Assembly: GCA_964016885.1 (NCBI GenBank)
Contig: OZ024742.1
Span: 103,664,001 to 103,728,000, forward strand
Direction of reading: 5' to 3'
Source: Eledone cirrhosa
Lineage: Eukaryota
DNA length: 64,000 nucleotides
Positions 50,130 through 62,895 of this stretch are shown piece after piece. Below the pieces are notes generated by a model. That model searched no databases and had not been told where the DNA came from. It saw nothing but the letters and a program-made list of their open reading frames with translations. The number at the start of each line of letters is the position of its first letter. Position 1 is the stretch's first letter. The position numbers were made by a program, and so were the translations under genes.

Positions 50130-50325
50130 GGGCGGTGGATTGGCAGAATCTGTAGAGAGTCGGGCACCATGCTTCATAGCATGGAGTTACGTCCCTTTAC
50201 GGTCTGAGTTCAAATACCGCCGAGGTTAACTTTGCCTTTCATCCTCACGGGTTCGATAAAATAAAGTACCAGTAATGTACTGGGTAATTGCTGGCCTTGT
50301 GCCAAAAGTAGAAACAATTATTAGA
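50130..50325 (+). mobile_element. SINE family B
   Basis: GGCGGTGGATTGGCAG...GCCTTTCATCC...TAGAAACAATT. Confidence 0.75.
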
Positions 50326-51140
50326 AACATTGCTTCATTTTTACATATCTAAGCATTAGTAAAATAACTAATAATTTCAAAAGTAATTTTTCAATTCCAA
50401 TTGTTATGAACAGCAAAACATTAATAATAATTTTGTTCTAAGAAATATATATACATTTCTGTGTATGTAATATATATATATATACACACACAGAAATATA
50501 TATATATACACACAGAAATATATATACATTTCTGTGTGTGTAATATATATATATATATATATACACACAGAAATATATATACATTTCTGTGTGTGTAATA
50601 TATATATATATATAGACACACACAGAAATATATGGGCCTTTCTCTGTTTGTCTGTCTGTCTGTCCTTCCCTAAAACTCAAATGTAGGTGCTACAGAAATA
50701 TTACCTTCCCCTTCCTTTCTCCACTTTGGTACTACCAAGAGAAACACTGTTGCTATAGAAACATTACCTTCCCCTCTCCACTGACTTTGGTCACTGAGGC
50801 CGAGGGAATCGCTGGTTGCTATAGAGACACCTTGCACAAGCCAGAAGTAACCAGTTCGAGGCGGTTCTGACTTGACACCATGCCAACGACCATTTGAAGA
50901 TATATTTCCATCGTTATATCATAACGTTTATGTATCATAACGTTTATATTTCCGTCACTAATCTCTTTTTCTCCTTTTTCGTTTTAACATATATTTATTT
51001 CAAAGATTTCACCGTATAGATAACATATATATTTATACATGCATAAAAGACACACCGAGAGACGGTGAACATGTGGTGCCGAAAACATTTCTCATCCAAA
51101 TCTCAACAATATCAGTATATACCGGGTGGTTTTCTGCTAG

Positions 51141-51575
51141 TCTATATATATAAAACTGAGGTTGTCTGTCTGTCTACTAAAACGGTCGGCACAGATCTCC
51201 TCTTAAACCGCACGTTCAAATTTCGGTGAAATTGCTACACTTATAGATGAAGGTCCGGCGGAGACATTGGTCAAAACATTTTTCAAATCGACCCACGCCA
51301 AGTGCAAAATCGAATGTGTAATGTATTGATTTTTCAGTTCAAATGTATAAATAGAGATGAAAGACGAGTTATTTCCATTTTATGGCGTCCTATGTTTATC
51401 TGTTTACGTTACGAACAAAATACGCGTACAGTTTTCGGACCAGCAAAATTCATGAGTTCGAAGTTTCAACATTAAGCTTCCATTTTGCTTCATTTCCATT
51501 AAAAGTCTTTTAAAACAATATTTCAGCGCATCAGCCTCGCCATCACCCGAGGCAACGCTGCGAGTGTGCTGGCTT
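51141..51575 (+). mobile_element. Non-autonomous Helitron-like element
   Basis: 5' TCTATATATATAAA then (GTCT)n; GC-rich 3' end GCAACGC...GCTGG; directly preceded by CCGGG...CTGCTAG, which looks like the end of another copy. Confidence 0.5.
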
Positions 51576-52719
51576 GCCTAAAAAATCATTAGAGAGGTTG
51601 CCCAGTACTTTCGACGTTGCTGTCTTTTGCTCTGGTGTTGGCTCCGTTGTTCACCCCTTCTTTTACATTTTCTTTAATATTGTAGCATTGAAGGAATATA
51701 TCTGTCATTATATCATCCTTTGTAGTGTTACCGAGGCATTTGTAATGTTATTTATGTATATATTTAAAACATATTTGTTATGTTATTCTACTGTAAATTT
51801 ATTTATATGCTCTGTTTATATTTTCATTCTCACTACCCTCAAAAATCTATGAAACTACATATATGTTGCAACTCTCTCTCTCTATATATATATATATATA
51901 TCACACACACACATATACATATACATCTAAAGAGAGAAAGGGAGATGTAGAGAGAGGCAGTGAGATAGGTCGTTATACAGAGAGGTACAAGATAATCAGA
52001 TAGAGAGATAGAGAGAGAGAGAGAGAATGGCGACGAACGCTGGTTCACACACACACACATATATATAAAGACAGAGAGAGAGAGAGAGAGAGAGATCTGC
52101 GTGTTCTTTATTGTTCTCCATTCTGTAGAGGAAGAGATAGAGGGGAGGTATGAGTGAGGGAGAGAAAGGGTATGAGAAAAAAGGGAGAGGGGTTGAGAAA
52201 GAAAGAAAGTTTAAGCAAAGAATCACTGCTTTCAACATTAACGGGAACTTCTTAAACTAAAAAATTCAATCTGTGAACGCAGAATTAAATATTTTGAGAA
52301 ACGTTGCAACCGAAGGAAAACAGGAAGACGATATTTTGGTTCGTGAAGACGTTCCCTGGTAATGAACGGAAAAAAGCGAGGATAATACGTGGTTATGTGG
52401 ACCGAGAAGAACAATTTCATACAAAGACGAGACCAAGTTTATGGTATAAATGGAGTCATTTGACTAATATTCTATTTAAAATAACCGAATGATTTCCACC
52501 CACAGAGTTTAATAATGTTGTAAATAAAATTGTAAACGAAAATGACAGAGATTATTTAAAATAGCTGTTTCTACTTTTGACACAAGGCCAGCAAATTACT
52601 CAGTACATTACTGGTACTTTATTTTATCGATCCCGTAAGGATGAAAGGCAAAGTTAACCTCGACGGGATTTTAACTTTACCTTAAAATAGTAAAAGTAAA
52701 TAGTGAAGATTTAGGCCAG

Positions 52720-54640
52720 TACATACGTATGCGACATCGACACAGATGAACTGGGCTTACCTATGACACCGACTACCTAGACAGTCATGACCTTAGCCGT
52801 TTCTGCTCCAGTAGACCCATAAGAGGTAGACCCCCCACCATAACCGCAATGGCAAAAAAGACTCCCATGGGAAGGTGGATTGGGTCAACCAAAGCCATAC
52901 GGACCCCCCAAAACAATGATCAGGTAAAAAAATGGTCGCGCATGCACTAGGGGCTAGTATTAAAACTACCCTAGAGGGCCACATATTCAAATTCAACGAG
53001 AAGATCTACACTCAAAATGAGGGAGCAGCCATTGGCGTCAGCATAGCTGGTAACGTTGCTAACCTTTTCATGGTATGGTGGGAAAGGAGACTCAAAGATC
53101 TCCTTGATGAGAACTCCATAGACCTCATCATGTACTCTCGTTACGTAGACAATATCAATATAGTTATAAGAACATCTCCACAAGAGAGCACTAACAAGTT
53201 TGATTTAGAACGTAGCACAATGGAAAGCATCCAGCAGATAGCTAATTCCATACACCAGAGTATAACTGTAACTATCGATGACCCTTCCAAACACCCTAAC
53301 AGTAGACTACCTGTATTAGACACGGAACTCTGGATTAACACTATAGATGAGAGGGCCCAAATTCTCCACTCACACTATGCTAAACCCATGGCCTCCAAAT
53401 ACCTGATACTCAAAAACTCAGCAATGTCCAGTAGTGCTAAGTTTAATATTCTGATCGCAGACTTGGTACGAGTGATGTAGAACATGTCCCACATGTGCGA
53501 CCCAACAGAAATGGAAAGACACATCCAACACTTCATCAACCGCATGCAGTTCTCTGGCTACAACCAAAGAGACAGAATCAAAGTATACAAAGGAGCCACG
53601 GAGAAGTATAAGACCCGCATAGAACTGGACATGAAATGAATTTGCCCATTATACAGGAGCAAATCATGGAATAGCTTAGATAGGACTAAACATAAGATAG
53701 GGAAAGCCACTTCATGGTACGACAACCAGAGATACCAGAGTGTCATGTTCGTGGACGGTACCCCTGGAGGGAAATTAGCTAACCAGTGTAGAAAGGCCCC
53801 GAGAAAGACCCACTTAAAGATTAAAGTGGTAGAAAAGCCAGAAACTACCATAAAATCCCTGATCAGCAAAACCTACCCTTTTAAGAAAACCCACTGTACT
53901 AATAGGAAATGTGTTATATGTAAAGTAAACCCCCGTATAAACTGTAAAACTAGAAACGTAGTCTATAGCATAAGTACAGAGGGTACTTGCAGAAACATGA
54001 CAACAACATACATAGGCGAGACAGCTCGTAGCATAGGCAAAAGGATAGACCAACAATGGGGGGAACTAAAAAGGACGAAAAAACGGTTCAGTACTATACG
54101 AACACGCCAGACAACAACACGACGGTAACATAGACAACATAGAAATTAAAATAATATCTAAACATAGAAATGACCCAGCAGATAGGCAAATCAGAGAGGC
54201 AAGCAAAATAGAGCTTAGAAGGCCAAAGCTAAACAGAAAAAATGAATGGAATAACAACAACACCCAAACAAACAATACTGACTTAAGAGAAATATAAATA
54301 AATAAATAAATAAATAAATATATACACAAGCACAATAACAACAAACACATATAAACACACACTAGTAACCTAAAATAGAATACTATAACCAAAACACAGT
54401 CACCCAAATGCGAACACACACTAAACTCTATACACACATGCAAATGCATGCGCAGAGAAGAAGACAAAAATAAATAAATAAATAAACAGATAAAATAAAA
54501 ATGGTGTAGATATACAATACAACAGGAGGAACATAATAGTACCACTAATGATGTTGCAGATGTGCAATGAAAGAACTTTGTTAGACTATATATATGTGTT
54601 TATATCTATATTATATCTGTATTTTTGACCGTTGGTCAGT
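52720..54640 (+). mobile_element. 5'-truncated Penelope-like element (Neptune-type Cys linker)
   Basis: RT GAAIGVSIAGNVANLFM...YSRYVDNI, LPVLDT; CTNRKCVIC linker; GIY-YIG CKTRNVVY...YIGETARSIGKR; several stops. Confidence 0.85.
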
Positions 54641-54802
54641 CAATGGTAAACATTGAGGACCGAATGAATTAACTGTGGAGATATAAAGATAGAAGCGAAA
54701 ACCAACCAAACAGTGAGTGTGTTCTGTTATTATTACAATATGACCCTACCCAAGTATAACAATAATTGATTCGACACACGATTTCATATCAAAAACTCGC
54801 AA

Positions 54803-54868
<66 letters not shown>

Positions 54869-55177
54869 ATAAGAGTCAGGACCTTGACAGCTAAGCTCCG
54901 GCTGTTTCCACAGCTAGATCTGACTCTTTTCCTATTACCCACTCTACTACCCTAAGTATCGAGTGCTCTGGTCCACCTGGTTTCTTACCACACTTTCTTT
55001 GTTGTTTAATATATATGAAGGTGTTGGGACCCCAACGGCTGAGCTCCTGCCTTTCAACAGCTATTACCACACTTTACTACCCTAAGTATTCTGGTGAGTA
55101 ATAGTCTAACAGGTTTTACTGCATCCATTCTGATTTATATATATATATATGTGTGTGTGTGTGTATAAATATATATA

Positions 55178-58100
55178 TATATAGAAATTACATGAATCAA
55201 AGTTCTGTTTAAACCATTTATTCGCTTACAATTGTTTCTTCTAAACCGAGGTTTGGAGTCTTCGGAGCAATTTTTCAATGATTGTTTACATACATGACCT
55301 CCTTTTCAACACAAGAGACATACAGAAACATATGTATATATTGATGCACAGTGGGTTGACATCCATTATAATATTTAGCATGGCAATTTACATTCAAAGA
55401 TTAAAGTCATATCAAAGAACAAAATTGAAGTTAAAATACAACATTGGCAGTTTACGAAGATAAAGCAAGAGGATAGTTTGAAGTAGTTAGTGTATGCAAT
55501 AGTTACACATGGGGCATGCACGTGTGTCTTGTTTATATAAGATTATATTGCGGCAGGGTGTTATATGTAATACAAGCACTTTAAGCGGGCAATCAAGAGT
55601 ATTATGGGGGTTGTATTGGTAAAGTATTTTTTTATATGTATGATATAGAAGCTTGTGTGTAGAGAAATATTAAAAATGAGAAGCAAAACAATGTTATGGT
55701 TTTCGTATACAACATTTTCACAATCCAGGAAACGTAATATATAGATTATATGTCCTTCACATAATCTACGATGATTCAATATTGGATGCTTGATGAATTA
55801 TGTTAGAATATTACATCTTGTTGTTCTTTAATCCAATTTTATAGAGCAGGTTGTTTTTGTTGCGAGAATTGACATCGTATTATTTTCCGGAAGTGTGTGT
55901 GTGATTAAGGGGAGTTAATGCGTGAGGGGAGGAAACTAGCTGATTTCTATAACTAAATTTATTATCCTAATGTACATTAAATGGTGTCGCAAATGAGTCC
56001 CAATCATATAAGGTTATAAACAGTTTCTAAATTTAAGTATCTTATCTATAGATTACAGTGTAGTCTATCAAGAAGTACTAAAGGTGTTCATATTAGGATG
56101 ATTACCTTCTATCATAGAGTGCCACAACTGAATATTCTACATGAAGAGTCACATCCCCAAATCAATGATCTTTGTAAGTGTAGTCTACCCGCAGAACCTG
56201 GCAGGGTTTTATTACAATCACTTCTATATATAACTTCTGGTAAGCTCTGGGTCAGTGCATGTCTGATTGCATGGCAAAGTTAAATATCACTAGGGTAGAC
56301 CAGAGATCAATTCTCACTTACAATGTCACTAAGCTGACCATCAAGTCATACATGTATGTATAACTCATACATCACTTGTACATAATTCATTGCACTCAGC
56401 ATATAGGTTATATAGCTCTTTTATGTTAATAAATTAATTAATCTTCCATTTATCCAATGATGGCACTCCATACACAGAACAACATTAGCACAACCAATTC
56501 AGTGTTTAAAGTTTACATTAATTATATAGTGGTGTAATGTAGTCTAAGTAATTGAAGGCAAATATACCAAAAGTAGATGTACATGGGGATATCTCTAGGA
56601 TAAAAGGTACTAGGAGGATGTCACTATTTGTGTTAAAGTGGATCAATGAGTGTGGAGTTGTGGTGTAAGGTGTGCCCTTGAGGTTTGTTGCTAGAGGTGG
56701 TGACGGGTTCAAGTCTGACATTGTTATATATTGAGTTTAAAGTTTTGGAAGGAGTGTCGGAAGCGGTGCTAGCAAGACGCGAACACTTCTGATTTTTTAT
56801 TAAGGAGGTTATGGTTTGAGAAGATAATAGTATGGGTCTCTAGTAGACAGAGGTTACAAAATTTATTAGGTGGTTTGTACGATGTCGCGTTACCTATCAC
56901 TTCCCATTTAAGTGTATAAGATTTATTTTTAGTTTCTAGATAGTGTATGTAGCTAGATAGTGAAGTGGAGTTGGCTAGACTGTGTTTTTTAAAAGAGTGG
57001 AGGTGCGAATTGTATCTGGTTTTGAAGCAGTTTGAAGTAGAGCCTATATAGGTTTCAGAAGAGTTGCTAGTTGTGACGGTGCATGAGTATATGATATCCT
57101 TGATTAAGCATTTTTTATCTAAAGGGCAGGTTCTATTTGATCTACAGTTACAATTATTCTGGGTGTTAGTCTGCCGGTTATTATGTTGTGTAGAAGTCTG
57201 GATGGTAGCTATAGGATTATGGTTATGTGGGCTGTCGTTCCCAGCGTTATTGCTTACACTAGTGCTATTACTATTATTTCTATTGTTATTAGGGTTAGTT
57301 GATATAATGTTATTTTGAAGGTTTATCGTCTGTTGTGATTTAGTTTGTTGGAAGTAAGAATTAATTTTTCTTTTATTGCTACTAGCTATGTGGTATGCTA
57401 TGTTAGGCGTAGTAGAGTATGAGATTTTGATAGTGTTTTTGTTTAAAAGGCTATGGAACTTGTGGCCAGATGGGAAGTTTTTATCTAGTAGTGAGAAGAA
57501 ATCCCTAGGTAGGTTGGTAGAGACGTTTAGATTGAAAGAGGGTTGAAAAATATATTATTTCTTCTTCCATTTTTGTTTTTTATGTCTGGTGAGTTGTTTC
57601 CTTTTATGGTACTATGGTAATTTCTGTGGTGTGGGTTACTTTTGGTGGCATCCTCCGTATTAGTGTGTGTGTGGTTGCTATTCTTATTACTAAATTTCCA
57701 CATGGACATATTGTGCGAAATAATGTTGTAGCTATGTGTTTTTGTAGGTAGGAACTCGATCTCTATATTATGGCCTGATCTAGCTAATGCCTGATTATAA
57801 TATTGCGAGTTTTTGCTAAATATGTTTACGTCGTAGGATAGATTAGAGATTCTATTGGATACTCCCTTAGAGATAGAGTTTAATTTTGTTCTTTGATATG
57901 ACTTTAATCTTTGAATGTAAATTGCCATGCTAAATATTATAATGGATGTCAACCCACTGTGCATCAATATATACATATGTTTCTGTATGTCTCTTGTGTT
58001 GAAAAGGAGGTCATGTATGTAAACAATCATTGAAAAATTGCTCCGAAGACTCCAAACCTCGGTTTGGAAGAAACAATTGTAAGCGAATAAATGGTTTAAA

Positions 58101-58285
58101 CAGAACTTTGATTCATGTAATTTCTATATAACTGCTCTGTAGAACAACTGATGTTATTACATTGAGCTATTTATCTTACTGGTAATAAGGTAGTAATAAA
58201 TTACTGTCTTTCACTATTTAGGGTTTAAAATATACATAACTATAAAAAGTTTTAGTATATAAATAACCATAAATAGTATCCTTAA

Positions 58286-58290
<5 letters not shown>
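55178..58290 (-). mobile_element. 5'-truncated Penelope-like element with inverted terminal repeat
   Basis: Minus strand: YYNQALARSGH, then CNCRSNRTCPLDKKCL..IIYSCTV...YIGSTSNCFKTRYNSH (GIY-YIG, ~56770-57160); 55178-55426 is the reverse complement of 57882-58130. Confidence 0.87.
58038..58086 (+). ncRNA. Hammerhead ribozyme variant (CCGAAGA core); inverted copy at 55222-55270
   Basis: ttgct-CCGAAGA-[TCCAAACC tc GGTTTGGA]-GAAA-CAATT-GTA-agcga; palindromic stem III ACAATTGT. Confidence 0.6.
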
Positions 58291-58323
<33 letters not shown>

Positions 58324-58469
58324 CATTGAGGACCGAATGAATTAACTGTGGAGATTTAAAAGATACAGAAGCGAAAACCAACCAAACAGTGAGTGTGTTC
58401 TGTTATTATTTCTGGAAATATTATTACAACAATATGACCCTCCCCAAGTATAACAATACATATACATAT

Positions 58470-60425
58470 ATAAGAGTGCCTCTCTTATATTAATTATGCC
58501 TCCAACCACCCTAAGCAGACTCTCAACTCCATAGTCTATAGTATCTCACATAGAATCTTGAGGCTATCCACCAATGAGGATATCTTCAACCAAGCGGCAG
58601 ATTACTACAATAGGGCCTTGATAAGCGCTGGCTTTAACCGAGGAATTTCCTACATACCTAATGCTAGCTCTAGAAACCACCCCCCTCATAAAACGAACGT
58701 TATAGTAAGCCATACCTATAACCGATCACGCGGCGACCTCGTTGAAGTCGGATATAATAGAATAGATAATCGCACTAAAGATCACGACCCCAGAGACGGT
58801 GACCACTGTAGAGTACTCGAACTATTCCCCTACTACAAAACCAACAAAGGCGACGGCCTACTACCAACGCCTTCCAACATCTTCCTGTACATAAACATGG
58901 AAGAAGGAAGAAGAGTGCACCCGAGCATAAAGTGAAAAGGGCACCGAACGGGCTACAGCACATTAACATACATAAGAACGGTCACCAGGATGGAACCACC
59001 CGTAGCAAATGTAAAAGGCCACGTAATCGCCACCGTAACGTCCTATGCCCCCCCCCCCCTCCTACTCTCGGAGTGTGGCTTCCAACATATCCCGGATGTT
59101 CTTCGAAGCCTTAGAGAAGAACTTCCCGCCCAACCATAGGTATAGAAAAATTCTTAATAGGAACAATATAAAAATATCCTTCTCTACTACTCCTAACCTA
59201 GCAGACATCATAGGAACAACGAACCACAGTAAGATCACCAAGACACAGCACCTTAGCACAGAGGCACCTACACCTGACAATAACTATATCGGCCTTAACA
59301 ACTCCCTAACAGCATCGAATAGTGCTGGCAACGGCCCCCGCAGATGCAACCAGCATAACTGCGAAATGACTGGGGAACATGCAGGACATGACGTGCGGAA
59401 TAACAATCGCACCACCCCGCGTGCTGTGGGTTGTAATGGTATTAACGACAGCTGCGGGAGCATAGATAACAACGTAGGCAGCACCAATGATAGCCTTACC
59501 GTGGGAAATGGATGAAACCGCGACAGAAATTGCAACTGCCGCGACAGAGGACGCTGCCCCCTTAGAGGATACTGCTTGACTGATAGGGTTATATATAGAT
59601 GCACTGTAACTAGCCACAATAGCGTTAAACATTATATAGGGACTACCTCCGGCCCGTTCAAAATTAGGTTTCGAACACATCTCCACTCTTTCACAAATAA
59701 AAAAACTAAGACACTTCATTCGCTCGCGGACTACATCACATCACTAAAGGACTTAAACATCAGCTTCTCCACGCACTGGGATATTGTCGGCAGGGCTGCA
59801 CCGTACAACTTCAAGAGGAAGTGCGATCTTTGCCTCATGGAGCTCTACCACATCATAACTGCACCCCACGAGCTCATCAACAGCAGAGCTGAAACAGCGA
59901 TAAGTTGTACACATCGTTTAAAAATATCCTTCTTCAGATGGGTTAAGGATGAGGAGTGAAACCGTGCACCGGATCTCCCTGCAACAAGTTTTAACACCCC
60001 GACGGGCAGGCGCTGCAAAATAACACCCAGGAAACTAACCATGCATACCAGACCCAGCCTCATACGACCCAGACAAACAGGTTCGGAAAAAACAAACGTC
60101 ACAAAATAAGCGTTGGTTACATGACCCTGTGCGTATCGACAATGTTGTAACCTTATCTTGTAACAGATAAAAATTTGTCCGGGAAAGACTGCCCTAACAC
60201 CTGCCAGAGTTACCTCCCTTGACCTGCTGCAAAATCAAAACACGCTACTTTTGCGAGCAATGAACCTTGACGTGAATTTAACCCCAAAAACTCTTTCCGA
60301 GCAATGTAAGGAACACTTTTGGTTATTTATGCCCTTGAAAAGCCCAACTGGGCAAAACGTACGTAGGTGCTGTTTTAAATAAACATGTTTTAACGGTCTA
60401 TTCTCCGATTTTTTACTTTTCCACG

Positions 60426-60428
<3 letters not shown>
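58470..60428 (+). mobile_element. 5'-truncated Penelope-like element
   Basis: SNHP...YYNRALISAGF; KNFPPNHRYRKILNRNNIKISFSTT; GIY-YIG VIYRCTV...YIGTTSGPFKIRFRTH...CDLC; degenerate hammerhead near 60330-60369. Confidence 0.87.
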
Positions 60429-60459
<31 letters not shown>

Positions 60460-60659
60460 GTGTTCTGATCCATGCAAGCATGGAAACTATCATAGATGTT
60501 AAATTGTGATGATGATGGTGAGTATTCCAAGATACTTGTATACTTCTACAATTAACAGTCTGATATTCTCTTTATTCTCTCTCTCAGGTAGAACCATTCC
60601 AGAAGTTTTTATGATTTTTCCATACTTCATCTCCACCATAGCACATTTCTCAACACGTC

Positions 60660-61040
60660 CTAATATTGGCAGTATCGGTAGAGGGTCGGACGCCATGCTT
60701 TCCAGCATAGTTACGTCCCTTTACGATCTGAGTTCAAATCCCACCGAGGTTGACTTTGCCTTTCATCCTTACGGGGTCGATAAAATAAAGTACCAGTAAT
60801 GCACTGGGTAATTGCTGGCCTTGTGCCTAAAGTAGAAACAATTATTACTAGGATTGGCAGTAGCAGTAGAGCATCAGACATCATGCTTTTCAACATAGAG
60901 TTATGGCCCTTTACGTTCTGATTTCAAATCCCGCCACGGTTAACTTTGCCTTTCATCCTTACAGGGTCAATAAAATAAAGCACTAGTAATGCATTGGAGT
61001 AATTGCTGGCCTTGTGCCAAAAGTAGAAAACATTATTACT
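60660..61040 (+). mobile_element. Tandem dimer of SINE family B
   Basis: Two consecutive ~187-bp units, each with the GCCTTTCATCC motif. Confidence 0.75.
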
Positions 61041-61089
61041 ATATATTTATTGGCTTTTTATCTCCTTTTAGTACATAAATCAAACTGTA

Positions 61090-61275
61090 ATCATCATCAT
61101 CACCGTTTTATGTTCATTCTTCCATGTTAGCATGGGCTAAACAGGTTGTCTTGTTGTGGGCAATGCCAAGTCGGGTGACCATGCCTTGCTCATATAGAAA
61201 CTGATTTTGGCTTGATTTCTACAGCTGGATGCCCTTCCTAACACCAACCTCATTTACAGTGAGTACAGGGTGCTG
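61090..61275 (-). mobile_element. RTE-tail short element
   Basis: (CAT)n and CTACAGCTGGATGCCCTTCCTAACACC. Confidence 0.65.
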
Positions 61276-61619
61276 TATTACTGCATAATGCCAGAAGTTC
61301 GGTCCTTTTTTTACCCTGAATATAAGCTGTCCACACTTCTACTATCAATGTTTTGGACACATATTTCTCGGCTTATATCGGAGTAAATATGGTAACTCTT
61401 GCTGACACAAACCACCACATAGTGCTTGTACTAAATATCTTACAGAACTTAATTACGACCCTGGGTTAAAATCATGCCCTTGTTTTCATGCTCCATGAAA
61501 AAAAAAAACCAATGGAAAATGTGAATATCCTGTTATAGTTCTTTAGAAAACTAGTCTAGTGCAGATTGTTTTTTAGCTTCCATATTTTGGCCACATGATT
61601 TTTAATTATATATTTTGTT

Positions 61620-62180
61620 AAATTCAATATTTTATATTCTATCAAGGTCAATATTATATATTCTGCCAAGGTGAATATTATGTATTCTGCCAAGGTCAAG
61701 AACTATATTCTGCTAAGGTTAATATCTATAGTCCACCAAGGTCAATATTTTATATTCTGTCAAAGTCAATATTATATATTCTGCCATGGTCAATATCTAT
61801 ATTCTGTCAAGGTCAGTATTTTATATTCTGCCAAGGTCAATATCTATATTTTGCCAAGGTCAATATCTATATTCCACCAAGGTCAATATCTATATTCCAC
61901 CAAGGTCAATATTTTATATTCTGCCAAGGTCAATATCTATATTCTGCCAAGGTCAATATCTATAGTCCACCAAGGTTAATATTTTATATTCTACCAAGGT
62001 CAATATTTATATTCTGCCAAGGTCAATATCTATAGTTCGTCAAGGTCAATATTTTATATTTTGTCAAGGCCAATATTTCATATTTTGTCATGGTCAATAT
62101 TTATATTTTGTTAAGATCAATATCTATATTCTGTCAAGGTCAATATTTATAATTTGTTTAGGTCAATATTTACATTTTAT
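61620..62180. repeat. 23-24-bp tandem minisatellite, ~23 units
   Basis: Consensus about CCAAGGTCAATATCTATATTCTG. Confidence 0.9.
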
Positions 62181-62677
62181 CCCCCGAAGGGTCAATAAAA
62201 TAAACTCCCTAATATCAGGAGATAAAATTTAGAATCCTAAGGATCGTGTAATGGTCTGTATAAGTAACAATTTGTCTTTAGGAGAGTTCAAAATATAGTT
62301 TGGTAAATACAATTGTCTAGAGAAGGGAAAAATATAATGTTTTGAACTCTTGCTCTTTGTACAGAGAGGGGGGAATGTTCTAATTGTAGTAAGACAATAA
62401 GGTTTATCTTATTCATTTTACCAAAAGAATTTGTGTATAGTCCTTTCATTACCATATTTGCACAGTCTATTGTTTTTAAATCATTTTGAAAATAACCACG
62501 AATTTAGAAGGATTTAGTAATATAACAAACTTTCTCGTTAAACTGGTGTTTAGGGTATAATTTAACAAAGTTTCTTACATAAAATTTTGATGGTATTATA
62601 GAACCATGGCCAGTTTTAGGTAGTTATTAAAAGGGCTAATAGAAAAACATAATTCTGTTTTATTTCTTTATTTACAG

Positions 62678-62895
62678 AGAAAAACCAAATCCAATGCCAG
62701 ACAGCTGCAAGAATTGTTTGGCTGACAACCAGATTGAAATAAGAACCCAGACATTAATTAAATTACTAATTATTATAACACTAATGAAATTGAAAAAAGG
62801 CATGAATGCCATATAACTTCATCCCCCTCCCCATTATGTTATAAATTTGTGACTCTAGATAATCTTTATTAAAACATCAGCAAACTTCTTTCTAG
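62678..62895 (+). other. Probable terminal 3'-UTR exon of the host gene
   Basis: Branch-like gctaat, strong tract ttctgttttatttctttatttacag|; ATTAAA at 62868 followed by a U-rich tract; would use the donor at 44366. Confidence 0.5.

Noticed and set aside
57527-58030. 167-aa ORF as a novel gene
   Set aside because: Accidental fusion of the inverted terminal repeat with the truncated Penelope ORF at ~57882
61620-62180. CRISPR-like array or repeat-protein ORF 61671-61979
   Set aside because: Simple 23-24-bp minisatellite; mixed unit lengths break the reading frame
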